A stretch of 64,000 nucleotides of DNA. Source: Salpingoeca rosetta. Taxonomy: Eukaryota > Protista > Choanoflagellata. Position numbers and translations under genes: made by a program. Below the pieces are notes generated by a model that saw only the letters and a list, made by a program, of their open reading frames with translations, was not told the DNA's origin and did not search any database. Every line of letters begins with the position of its first letter. The first letter of the stretch is position 1. Location of the stretch: positions 196,912-260,911 of the forward strand of contig JAWQFM010000025.1 of assembly GCA_033442325.1 (NCBI GenBank), read 5' to 3'. This document shows, one piece after another, positions 24,695 to 39,801 of this stretch.

Positions 24695-27360
24695 ATGGAG
24701 GATGAGGAGCGACGACACCTGCGCAAGAAGGCAAAGAGGCAAGGGGCGGCGCCTGCTGCTGCTGCTGCTGTGAAGAAGAGGACCCCGAAATACCTGCCAC
24801 CCGAGGAGCTGTGGATGGAGACATGCGCCATTTCCGGAAGCTGCGAGGCCGTGGAGCTGTGGAGCGCTGTCCGAGCGCGAGTGCCTCCTGGTGCTGCACC
24901 TGTACACCTTTCTCAAGCACGAGCACGAGATGGAGAGAGCAAGGAGGAAGGCGGCACGCACGGGTGGCAAGATGGCAACAAGAGACTTGCCGAAGGAAGT
25001 CGCCGTCATGCTCGGGTGTTCAGCGGCAACGGTGAAGCTGCTGCTGAGCAAGTGGAATCGAATGAAGCGGGAGGCTGGCAAGCGCCCCAACAGCCTCAAG
25101 ATCACCAACAACCGGGGCACAAGCGCAAAGCCACAGCGTGTCCCGTTCACGGAGCGCGTGACCAGGCTTGTCAGAGACTTTACCACACAAGCGCAGAGCA
25201 GCGGCCGGGTCATCAATGCCACGCAACTCACGAAGCACCTCATTGAGAGCGGGGTGCTGTCTGTGAAGGTGAACCCACTCACGAGCCAGCCGGAGCACAG
25301 AGACCTCCAGGCCGCAAGGAGGGCCACACAGCGGTTCTTGGTGCGATCCGGATACTTGCAAACTCAGGGTAGGGATGAGAGAAAGGCACGACCGACAACC
25401 CATCTCGACAAGCTCGCCGACTATCTCCACACCTTGTTCAAGAACCGCGAGCGGCCTCCCGAACAACAGCTGCGCGAGGTGCGTGTGTGTGTGTGTGTGT
25501 GTGTGCGCGTGTGTGTGGGAGGGGGGGGGTGTATGTGTGTGTGTGTCTTTGTGTGGGGGGGGGGTCTGTGTGTGTGTGTGTCTTTGTCTTTGTCTTTGTC
25601 TTTGTCTGTGTGTGTGTGTGTATGTGTGTGTGCACCGATGAATCTACTCGCCACCTCGCCACCTCGCCCCCTACTCGCTCCCTCGCCCTCCACGCGCCGC
25701 CTTTTGCCAGTCGTGTTACCCTAACATGTTACGTGTCACTTCATGACGTGCGTTACAGGTGTATCTGGACGAAGCGTACGTGCAAGCAGCAACCAACGAC
25801 AGCTCTGTTCGGCTGTCCACCCACGATCCCAGTCACCAATGGAACGCTGCTGAGCAGGAGAAGACCACGAAGACGAACGGCCCTCGCATGCGTGTTGTGC
25901 TGGCCATTCAGAACCGCGACCCACGCTCCGCCGACCCCTCGCAGCCGTGCACACCGCAGCAGCAGGCAGGCATTGTTGAGGGCACAGCATGGGTGGCTGA
26001 TCCTGATGAGGCGAAGCGACGGAAGGGAGAGGGCGGTGATCCGACGACGAAGAACAGGAAGAAGAGGAAGGCGAAGATGATGACGCTGATGACGATGATG
26101 CAAAAGATGAACGAGCGGAGTGATTCCCACACGACGGATGATAGCAAGGCCGTCGATACGACGAGCTTTCGCCAGTACTGGGTGTCCCAGCTGCTCCCGA
26201 GCCTGCACCAACCAAGCCTCATCATCATGGACCACGCAGCACACCGCAAGCTCTTCCCTCTGCACATCCCATACGTTGCGATCGCAAGCAAGGCGGACCT
26301 GCTCGGGTTCCTGACGGCGCCACCGACGGGCGCCGAGACAGTGGAGGAAGCTGTGGCGGAGATTGGGACCGGGACACCATTGACATCACAACCAGTGGCA
26401 GCAGCATCAACAAGTGGCGGTGATAGTAGTGGTGGTGAAGGTAACGATGATGGTGTTGGAGTTGCAGGCAGCAGTAGCAGCAGCGACAGCCGTGATGAGT
26501 AGTAGCCGGCTGTGGAGGCTGATGCCAGTAGCCATGAACGCAAACGGGCACACGTGCCGGGTGCTGGGCCGCACATGCATGTGGACACGTTGAGGCGCCT
26601 CGCGAGCAAATGGATCAGAGCACACTGCGTGCCGGAGCTTGTATCGCTGGCGCGGCAGCAAGACCACGAGGTTGCCTTCACGCCGCCACGCTACTCGGAC
26701 CTGCAGCCGATGGAGCTGGTGTGGGCTCTCCTCGGGGCACGCATGGCCCGGCAGGACGCATCTGGCACAGCCACGTCCGATGTGAGGCAGCGGTTATTGT
26801 GCAGCATCGGTGACATCTCCATGGCCTGCAGCGGAGGTGCCCACACCGTCGTACAGGCGCTCATTGACCACGCGGACAAGGTGGCGACACAACAACGCGC
26901 CGTTTTGTTTGAGAGTGGGACGTCTCGTCAGGCACCGCGCACCACCGTGTCATCGACGTTGTCCCCTTCACAGCCCGCCGCACACAGCGAAGCGCCCTCT
27001 CAACCACACGTTGCACCCGAAATACAGCCCGCACCAGTGCAACACCAGCAGCAACATGATGGTGGTCGTGGCGCATCCAGTGTGGAGGAGCTTCAACAAA
27101 GAGCCGATGACTTGCTCGACGTCATCCTCGGCCAATCAACGACGACCACCACGACCACCACCAATGCCACCACCAACATCACTACTACTGCTGCTGGCGT
27201 GGACACTTCAAGGGCCGGATTGGACGCGGTTGACGGCCTGGCGGAGGCTGCAGTGCAACTGCTGATGGAGGAGGACGTGCCACTGCAGGCGGAGGGGGAT
27301 GATGGTGATGATGATGATGACGGTGATGATGATGTTGTTGTTGGCAAGGATGAAGCTTAA
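24695..27360 (+). pseudogene. IS630/Tc1-mariner-type DDE transposase-derived gene with an intron and lesions
   Basis: LRE|VYLDEAY (intron 25479-25758), SLIIMDHAAHRK and AFTPPRYSDLQPMELVWA form a DDE triad context. There is an in-frame TAGTAG at 26500-26505 and a frame change near 24810-24860. No TIRs seen. Confidence 0.75.
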
Positions 27361-27808
27361 GCTTCTCCGGTGTTCATGTACTGCTGTGCGTATGTGTGTG
27401 TGTGTGTGTGTGTGTGTCTTGTCTTTGTGTGCCTGCACCTGCACGCTCTGATCTGTTCACCTGCTTCGCGGTATCTCGTTTTATGTTAGAGCAACATATG
27501 TTATCGAAACCGCGACATTGTAACCAGACCTGTGGGAGAAAACGAAACAAGGCACGCATTACCAAGCAAGTAACGCGGCGCAAAACAGCGCGAGGTGCAA
27601 CGAAAGCGACAGTGGGAAGCAACAAACAACGCCCAAACACAAGTTCCAGTGCGTTTGCGAAGAGTGGGGCCATGCAACCAACACACACACTCACACACAC
27701 GCCACACACACACACACACACCCAGCACACCCAGCACACACACACACACATACAACATAACATACACACACACACACACAACCTTCCCCTCCCAACACAA
27801 GCACACCA

Positions 27809-28219
27809 CTATCGTCGTCTGAGGTATGCGAGGATTTCCTTGTACTCTGGTTCCTCCACGGGAATCTCGCACGCCTTGAGCGTGGGGAACAGCCACTTCT
27901 TCAAGACGCCCTTTGGCGTGACGATGGCGCGTTCTTGGAGGTCCGAAGGCTTCACAACTGGACCAAGGTGCGGTGCAAAACACGTCAGGCATGTTGAGAA
28001 CGTCTGCTTGTCTCCAGACGCGCGTTGCACTTCGACAGTGTGGAGGCCAGAGTCCTTGTCAATGGTCACGTGTGGATTGGCGCCTCCTAGGGTGAGCCGT
28101 ATCTTCTCCCGCAGGATGTCGTGCAGCTCCTCCGGTGTACGCAACGGTGTCTGCACCATGACAACCCAGAACACAAAACAGACCCATGCAGTGAGAAACA
28201 TTTAGAGGATACTGACACG

Positions 28220-28266
<47 letters not shown>

Positions 28267-29982
28267 GCTCTCTGGCTAGCCTCACGCACACGCATGTGCG
28301 CGTGCATGCTTGTTGATGCGTGCTTGTGTGTGCGTGCGTGCACCCAGTCAATGACACGACTCGTACCAAAGGGCCAAAGTCCTCGAAATCATCATATCCG
28401 TCATCATCATCATCATCGTCGTCGTCCACTGGAGAGGTCACCTCGGCTGCAGCAGAGTCTGGTGACTGAGCACTTGGCAGTTCATCCTGCTGTTGCTGAA
28501 GGGGGCGCGGGAGCAGCAAGTCCGCCTTGTTCAAACACAGCAAAATGGGCACCTGCATCCATGTCACGGGTGGTGGGTGACGAAACATCAACGCAAGTCT
28601 CAAAGTGGCCTTGAGATAATTTTTGAGTTGCACACACACACCTCTTACAAAACCACACGTACACACACACACACACATTCACACACACACACACATTCAC
28701 ACACACACACACACACACATTCACAAAAATTATTTCGTACCCTCTCGTCGGAGAGTTGCCAGGAGTGCGTCCTTTGACACGTGCGGGTGTTTGGCTTGTC
28801 TGCCTCAACGACGAAGATGCAGGCATCGACGATTGAATAGTGCGCAGCAAACGCCTCTTCGACCTGTAATTGGATGGATATGCAAAACAACCGAGATGTC
28901 GAGATATGTGAGGAAGCCAGTACATACACCGCAACACGTCAAACGCTATTCGCCCCTTTCAGTAACAGCATCAACAACAACAGCAACAACAACATCAGCA
29001 ACAACAACAACATCATCAGCAGCAGTAACTACATGGCACGCCGCACCTTCTTGGTTGCATCGTCGCTGCCCGGGAAATCAACAAAGACAAAGTGCCGGGC
29101 GGCGGGCCACTTGTAGAACTCAATGCGCGTCGAGTTGACGGCGAAGTCGGGGTTGGACTTGAACTTGAGCCGAGAGAGGAACGTGCTCTGAAGTGAAGAA
29201 CGCATGCCACGCATGACGCCAGGGTGGAGTGAACAAACGAGTGTTTGCAGGAGTTGGCAGACGCATTGGAAGCGACTCCCATGCAAGCTCATGCACACAC
29301 GTGCACGTACACACAACACACACATACACGCACGCACGTACAAGCACGTACACACGCACACACACAAGCACGCACGCACGCATGTACACACACACACAAA
29401 CACACACACAAGCACACACCTTGCCCGTCTTGCTGGTTCCGACGACGCCAAACATAAACGTCCCTGCCATCAGTTCTCGCAGGCGGAAGATGAGCCAGAC
29501 GTCGCGGAGGAACAGCAACGCCCGCTTGCGCGCTGTGTCGTCGTCTTTCACATTGAACAGGGGATCGCCTTGCTTGAGTTTGGAGAAGTACCTGGCCCGG
29601 AATTCCGCAGACATCAGGGCGGCTGGGTCGATGCTGTGGCCCACAATCGCTTTCACCTTCTGTGCAATCCCCTTTTGCACAATGGCCTTCTCAGCAAAGT
29701 ACGTTGGGTCGACCGGCAGATCCTCGTTCTCATCCAGGCCAAGTAGTTGAAGCATCAGCTGTTTTGGTACCATAGCAGTGGGTGATTTGCGTGTTAGCGC
29801 GTACGTTTGTGCGTGTGTACGTTGGTGCGTGTGCCGTACATGTGTGTGAGCAGTGCTCTGGCATGCTGCGAATGAAATTGCATTGACGTCCGTGCATGCA
29901 CGTACACACTGTTTGTCGTGTACCCACCCCCCCCCCTTCTCCACACACATACACACACACACGCACACACACACGCACACAC

Positions 29983-30047
<65 letters not shown>

Positions 30048-31188
30048 TCAACACACAAACACACACACACACAAGTATGCCCACAACACCGCACCTGAAG
30101 ATTCTTCTGGTATTCCGCCTGATTCTCGTTTAACTTGTCCAGAACATCCCCAAGTACTCCCGCAAGTAGAAATGCAGCGATGCTGCCTGTCAGCATGGTG
30201 AGGCCGCCAACCTCTGCAAACAGGAAGTAGATGCCCGCAAATAACCCACCAAGCGAAAAGAAGGCAAGGCCAGCCATGATGATAGTGATGGCAGTGGTTA
30301 GCGCGACAATGCCAGGCCCCTTCTTAACAGCAATGTCTGGGTACCCCGTACGCGCGAGCACGTCCAGTGTTGACCACGAAACCGCTCGGAGCGCATCCTG
30401 TGCACACGTGCTCTTGTCATTCCGGAACCATTCTGAGGCGCGTTGGTACGGCAGCCGTTGTTCCTGCCTGTCTGCACATGCTCCTCCAGCGGGCTGATCA
30501 TACACCTGATGCTTGTGCACTTTCAGGTGCCATGAACCACGTTGAAAGTCGCACGAGGAACAATAACTGAGGTGAGAATTGACATCGATGAGTGCAACAA
30601 GAACAGCACAAAAGCGCCTTCAAAGTGGAGTTTGCTGCACAACCCTTTTGTTGCAATGAAATGCCCACACCAAACTCACGACAACACAACGCAACCACAC
30701 ACACACACACACACATCCTCACCTGCATTCCTCATTTTGCCCGCCAAAGCCTTCGCGTCTGCGGTGTCCACTCCAAATACATGCTTGCTTGCATCTACCA
30801 AGGCACCTGTATCTTGGTCCTCGCCCTCTTGCTCCGCCATGACTTGAATGGCCTCCTGCAGTGGCTTTGTGCGCTCGTCCTGATACTTGAGTTCTTCGAT
30901 CGAAATCGTGGAGCCAACGACTTCACGCAGGGCCGCTGCAGGCTCGTCCTTGCCCCTCTCCTGCCACCGCTTCGCAGCCGGTGTTACATCGCCCTCCTCC
31001 AACTGCGCAAGGATCTGTAGCACCTCTTCTTGTTGCGCCTTGTTATCTGAGAACAGGGTGAGCAGGAAAGCCTGCAGAAGTAACATGTGATGGCAGAAGC
31101 AACATGCGAGTATAGGTGATGGAAGATACACCTGTAAGCGTTTGAGGTTTGGTTCGCCCCACAGATCAGTGCAGCACACATAAATGCA

Positions 31189-31257
<69 letters not shown>

Positions 31258-33458
31258 CACACACACGCACACAAACCGCAGCATACTTGGTTGATGACGT
31301 CGTGACGTGAGAGCTTTGCGGCCTGCGCCAGCTTGCCAAACAAGGGCAACTTTGAGAGTTGAGTGACATCGACACGCACTGTGCTCGCAGGCGCTGTGAA
31401 TACGGTGTAAAGTCGCACATCAAACACGGCCTTTGCCTGTTGTGTCGTGCATGAAATCGTCACCTCCAGCCGCTTCCCACCGTCAAGAAGCACAGGCGTG
31501 AACTTGCGCTTGTGGCCATCAAGGGAGCTTGTCACGTGCGTGACAAACGCAAACCCGTCGCCAGTGAATGTGAGATGGTGCTGTTGGCTGTTGGCTGTCA
31601 ATGTCGTGCTCGAGTGGTCTGACTGGAACATCAACTTCCGAGGGGCGGAGAAGTCGGGATGCTGGGTGAATGTTGGGATTCGGGGTGTTTGCTGCGGATA
31701 CCATGCATGCCGATTCAAGTGGTGGCCCTGGCAATAGTGGTCCAGAAGATGGTTTTTGAGGAGCTCGGCCTTCAGCTGCGGAAGTGTGTGTGTCTTGAAC
31801 AAAGCGGCATGAATCTCATTTGGGTTGTTGTATGGATTCCATTTTGAGTCCTCAAAAATCAGGTACGTGCCAAAGGGCGAATAGTCACTCTGCATGCTTT
31901 GGCTCGCAAGGAAGCCAAGGTACCTTGCAAGTGTCATCCAAAGGCTCCCCTTCGCGTTTTGCGAAATGACAGATGTAAGGCTGCCGAAGAATGAGCTGCG
32001 GCTCTCTGGCTGGCTGAAGGCCTTGTTGAGAACTTGCGCGACAAGTGATGACCTCTTAGAAGCGTCTGCTTGGGAGCTGAATGCACGCGTGAGCATGGTC
32101 AGCACGCGTGGGACAATGTCGTTGCTGTACACGTGGAACCGGCAGTTGCTGTGAGCCACGCCAGCACCACCAATCTCCCGCTCAAACTGCTGCGCGAAAG
32201 CCCTGTCTCCGACAAGAGGTGCGCCAAACGTCACCACGTGCACGTTTCTGCGGTCGTCGTGCTGGTGGCACTCAAGCAGCACGCGCAACGCCACCAGCTG
32301 TGCCAGCGCACCGCCGAGCGAGTGGCCGCAGAACACCAAGCGGTACTTCTTCTTGTCACCTGGACTCCCGTGGAGCAACCGCACAAATGGCTCGACGGGG
32401 ATCTTCTCAGCCACGCGAAGAAAGCCCAGATGCACGCGGCCCTCGATGGCCTCGCTCATTGGAGGGACGGCAAACGCCGTCATGTCCGTCATGGCGTGTT
32501 GCAGCGTCTGCGTGCTCTGGAAGCAGATGTACACGGGGGTCGTGTCTTCGCCGTTGAGCGGATCGTCGCTGCCAAACGCGACGATGAAGTGGTGGCTTTC
32601 AGCGGCATTGCGTGTGAAGGCAATCTCCTTCAGCTGGTGGTATCCGTCGCGCTTGTCGAGGTTTTGGTTGAAATGCCGTTGAATTGCCACTTCTTGATTG
32701 CTGCCCCCGTTGCTCAGGCATTGCGCCAACAGGAGACACATGTCGGTGTCTCGACGGCGTATGACATCTGGAGGTAGCCTGGGCGCGTGTTGGAACACAA
32801 GCGTCGCAGGATGGCCTCGGACTAACACACAGGTGTACAAGCAGCGCCATTGTGAGCGCGTCAAGCAGGCTGAACTTGGGCTGGTGGTAGGGAGGTGTCG
32901 GTGACGGTTCATAACGTGGGTTGTTGGGGGGAGAGGCAGCACGATGAGGCGTCAGTAAGCATGAGATGAGCAACAATTGACTTACGCCTCTGCGCAAAGG
33001 TTTGGTCCATGAGACGGGCGGGAGTCACTGGTTGTGGGATCACCAAAGATGTCACAGTGTCATCTCCAACCGGAGGTACCTCTGTTGTCTCCACAACGTC
33101 GGCTGCAACAACTTCTGCGAGGACATGGCCGCACCGCACGCCTTCTTCAAACAGCCTTGAGCCTACCAAAGCAAGTGCCCAAGAGGAGTGCGTACGTGAG
33201 CAGAGAGAAGTGTGTACGTGAGTGCGCGGACACAAGCCAAAAGACACGACACAAGGGACGAAGGGATACAAACAGACATGGGTCGGTGGAGGCGTTGGCG
33301 TAAACCTGCACACATTCAGCAAGCAGTGGTGTACCTTGATGACAGAATGAGACGACATGTCGCTCGCCGTCCCGCATCAGGCCAAACGTCGACACTGCCT
33401 GCTGCAGGTCGTTCACTGTCACTGTCACCTGCGTCACAGTCGCTCTGGTGGTGGACAT
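27809..33458 (-). CDS. Class-3 lipase + TM hairpin + P-loop GTPase fusion, copy 2 (10 exons, about 1230 aa)
   Basis: Exons 33335-33458, 32986-33162, 31287-32821, 30723-31071, 30095-30471, 29420-29758, 29047-29187, 28741-28863, 28367-28552 and 27809-28150 sum to 3693 nt in frame. Lipase motifs VHLGF, CGHSLGG, TFGAPLVGD, NDIVP and NHLLDHY. GTPase motifs G1 GTSKTGK|S, G3 DFPG and G4 NKAD. Confidence 0.82.
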
Positions 33459-33555
33459 GACGCTGTTTGTTTGTTTGGGTGTGAAGTTCGGAAAATTGGT
33501 TTTATTTTCCGTGAATAATCGGCAATCTGCGACAGTGCGCACACCAAACGCGACG

Positions 33556-36339
<2,784 letters not shown>

Positions 36340-36895
36340 GGGTGTGTGTATGTGAGAGTGAGAGAGGTGCCGGACACACACACACACACAGACGGGGGAA
36401 GGTGTGAGTGTCAGCGTGTGCGTTGAAGATTTGTTTCCCTTGCGCCTGGTTGAGCAGCTTGGCTGTGCCTTTGACCATTGCATTGACGGTAAAGTGTTTG
36501 AGAAGTTCATTGTGTATTTGGGCCGTGCAGCTTGCGTATTCTTGTGCACGATCACCAACAAAATCAAATCAGAGACACGCACCGCCAAAACGACGCACAC
36601 CCGCGCTTCAAGACATGTCCACACCATTCACAGTACCAACAAGCATCGGCTGTCATTCGCATGTAACGAACGCATTGGCACGATGTCAAGACACAAGAGC
36701 ACGGTAGCAACTCGCACAACCTGAACATCTTTCGGCAACCTGCTGCGTGAGAATGGGGCCAAACTTCACCGAAGCGAGATTGCCACACCTCACCAGAGCT
36801 GAAGGAGGTCGATCGTGGGTGTTGACAAAGGGCGTGCGCGACGCCACTGGCGAGTTTGCAGCTGGCAGCGGCGGGAAGTGGGTGCGAGGTTAGTC

Positions 36896-39213
36896 TCACC
36901 CCGCAGAGGCTGGGGACGTGTGTGCATGCAGTGTTGAGCAGAGGAAGCGCAGGATCAAGTTGCGACGCGTTGAAGAGGATTGGTGGGCTACTTGAGCGGA
37001 GATGAAACGGAGCAGGGGGTTGCGCTGTACTGGGGAGTGTTGCTGCTGTTGTCCAGAGGGAGTTGGGGTAGACTGGTGTTGTGAAACTTGACGAATGAAT
37101 TCCTGCAGACGCAGTGCAAGTAAATTCTGCTGCCCATCTTTGGTGTGTGGGTGGTCTGGGCCAAGCGTGTCCATCAAGATATCGACAGCTCGTTGCATCA
37201 ACTGTTTTGCGCGGGCATAGTCGCACTTGCTGTAGTACACCCCACCCAGGTTGTTGTATGTGGTTGCTGTGTCTGGATGCTTCTCCCCCAACGTGTCCAG
37301 GCGGATCTGCAGGCTCTTCTGGTAGTAGTGGATGGCGCGGTCATACTCCCCCTTGCTGTTGTACACCCCGCCCAGGTTGCCGTATGTGGTTGCTGTGGAC
37401 GGATGCTTCTCCCCCAACGTGTCCAGTGTAATGTTCAAATCCTTCTGGTAGTACTCCAGAGCACGGTCATACTCCCCCTTGCTCCTGTACACCTGGCCCA
37501 GGTTGTTGTATGTGGTTGCTGTGTCTGGGTGCTTCTCCCCCAACGTGTCCAGCTTGATCTGCAGGCTCTTCTCATAGTAGTGGATGGCACGGTCATACTC
37601 CCCCTTGCTGTTGTACACCTGACCCAGGTTGTTGTATGTGGTTGCTGTGTCTGGGTGTTTCTCCCCCAACGTGTCCAGCTTGATCTGCAGGCTCTTCTGG
37701 TAGTAGTGGGTGGCGAGGTCATAGTCGCCCTTGCTCTTGTACACCTGACCCAGGTTGCCGTATGTGGTTGCCGTGTGTGGATGCTTCTCCCCCAACGTGT
37801 CCAGCTGTATCTGCAGGCACTTCTCATAGTAGTGGATGGCACGGTCATAGTCGCCCTTGCTCCTGTACACCTGGCCCAGGTTGCCACATGTGGTTGCTGT
37901 GGACGGATGCTTCTCCCCCAACGTGTCCAGCTGTATCTGCAGGCACTTCTCGAAGTACGCCAGAGCGCGGTCATAGTCGCCCTTGCTCTCATACACTTGA
38001 CCCAGGTTGTTGTATGTGCCTGCCGTGTGTGGATGCTTCTCCCCCAACGTGTCCAGCTGTATCTGCAGGCACTTCTCATAGTAGTGGATGGCGCGGTCAT
38101 AGTCGCCCTTGCTGTAGTACACCTGACCCAGGTTGTTGTGTATGGTTGCTGTGGATGGATGCTTCTCCCCCCACGTGTCGAGGTAGATCTGCAGGCTCTG
38201 TTGGCAGTACTCCAGAGCACGGTCATACTCACCCATGCTGCAGTGCACCCCGCCCAGGTTGTTGTACGTTCTTGCTGTCTCTGCGTGTTTCTCCCCCAAG
38301 GTGTCCAGCTGTATCTGCAGGCACTTGTCATAATAGTGAATGGCACGGTCATAGTCGCACTTGCTGCAGTACACGTGACCCAGGTTGTTGTATGTGGTTG
38401 CCGTGTGTGGATGCTTCTCCTCCAACGTGTCCAGCTGTATCTGCAGGCACTTCTCATAGTAGTGGATGGCGCGGTCATAGTCGCCCTTGTTGCAGTACAC
38501 CTGACCCAGGCTGCTGTATGTGATTGCTGTGGACGGATGCTTCTCCCCCAACGTGTCCAGCGTAATCTTAAAACCCTTCTGGTAGTACTCCAGAGCACGG
38601 TCATACTCACCCATGCTGTAGTACACACCGCCCAGGTTGCCGTATGTGGTTGCTGTGGACGGATGCTTCTCCCCCAACGTGTTCAGCTCGATATCCAGGC
38701 CTCGTTGAAGAAACTGCTCCGCTCTTTCATGCTCTCCAAAGTCAAGCATGACCAGTCCAACTCTGTTGCACATGCGTGCAAACTCGGCCGTGCCGTCTTC
38801 GCCTCCCATCCCCATCTCCTCCAAAAATGACTTTGCCATCATCAAACACCAGGCGCGCATCCGTCCTTTCACAGCTCTGTTCACTTCAGGGAAGCCCACA
38901 GTGTCCTCAATCGCCTTGAAGATCATCTCCTTGTCTGCTCGCACACTTGCGCTTGCTTTCCCTGCTTGCACCTCCACCAGCATGTTGGTGATTGCCTTGT
39001 GATCTTCAAGCAAAGCTTCCCTCAGCTTCGTGCGCTGGTGCTGTGGCAGCCTAATCTCCAATCCAACATCGCTTTCTTGGCTGATGGCGCAGAAGATCTC
39101 CCACAGACACCACGCGCGTGTCAGTGGGACGGGCTTGTTCCACGGCGTCAGCACCAGCAGCACCTTGCCAATGGATGCAATGGCGCTCTTGAACGGGGCC
39201 CCAATCCTGCCAT

Positions 39214-39276
<63 letters not shown>

Positions 39277-39801
39277 AGGTGTCGAGACGAAACGCACACA
39301 CTGGTGAAGCAACCTGACACACACACACACACACACACACACAACTCACTGTTCTGGCGACAGGCCCATGCGCGATTCTGTGTGCTGGTTGTTGCAGAAG
39401 AGGTCAAACCAGAAGAACGTCTCTTGCTTGCTGTGCTTGGTTCCATCTTCATCCTTGTGTTTCTCCTCCTCCTCCTCGTCGTACTCCAGCATGGTGGTGA
39501 GGACATCGGAGATCTTGTACTTCCAGGCGTGCGACACAAACACGGTGGCTGGTCCCACTTCCTCCGGCTTGGTTCTGCGCAGCAGGTCGATGTACGAACA
39601 CTTCCATTCCTTCGTGCGGTGGATCACGGGCTTGACACTCGCATCGTACGTCGTCACCTCCTCGTAGTTGTCGGGGTGATAATCCTTGATCTGCGACATG
39701 AACCGCTTGATGGCAGAGGTGCTCACGCCATCCGTGCAGATGGGCGCTGCTGCTGTTGTGGTGGTTGTGGTGGTTGCAGTTGTTGGCTTTGGCGTGGACA
39801 T
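36896..39801 (-). CDS. TIR/HET-like N-terminal domain + 13 TPR repeats (kinesin-light-chain-type 42-aa TPR)
   Basis: Exons 39350-39801 and 36896-39206 (intron CA|GTGAGT...GCAG|G). N-terminal motifs FVSHAWKY, FWFDLFCNNQH and PLTRAWCLWE. Repeat unit LGEKHP.TA.TY.NLG.VY.SKG.YDRA..YY.K.L.I.LDT. Confidence 0.9.
37180..38760 (-). repeat. 126-bp coding tandem repeat array (TPR units)
   Basis: 12 highly similar 126-nt units plus one degenerate unit. Confidence 0.92.

Noticed and set aside
37180-38760. CRISPR-like regular repeat array
   Set aside because: The units are contiguous in-frame coding repeats with no unique spacers and no cas genes, in a eukaryotic context.
37145-38830. Long antisense and alternate-frame ORFs (561, 397, 253 aa) over the TPR array
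   Set aside because: They are shadows of a stop-free 126-bp repeat and have no independent protein features.
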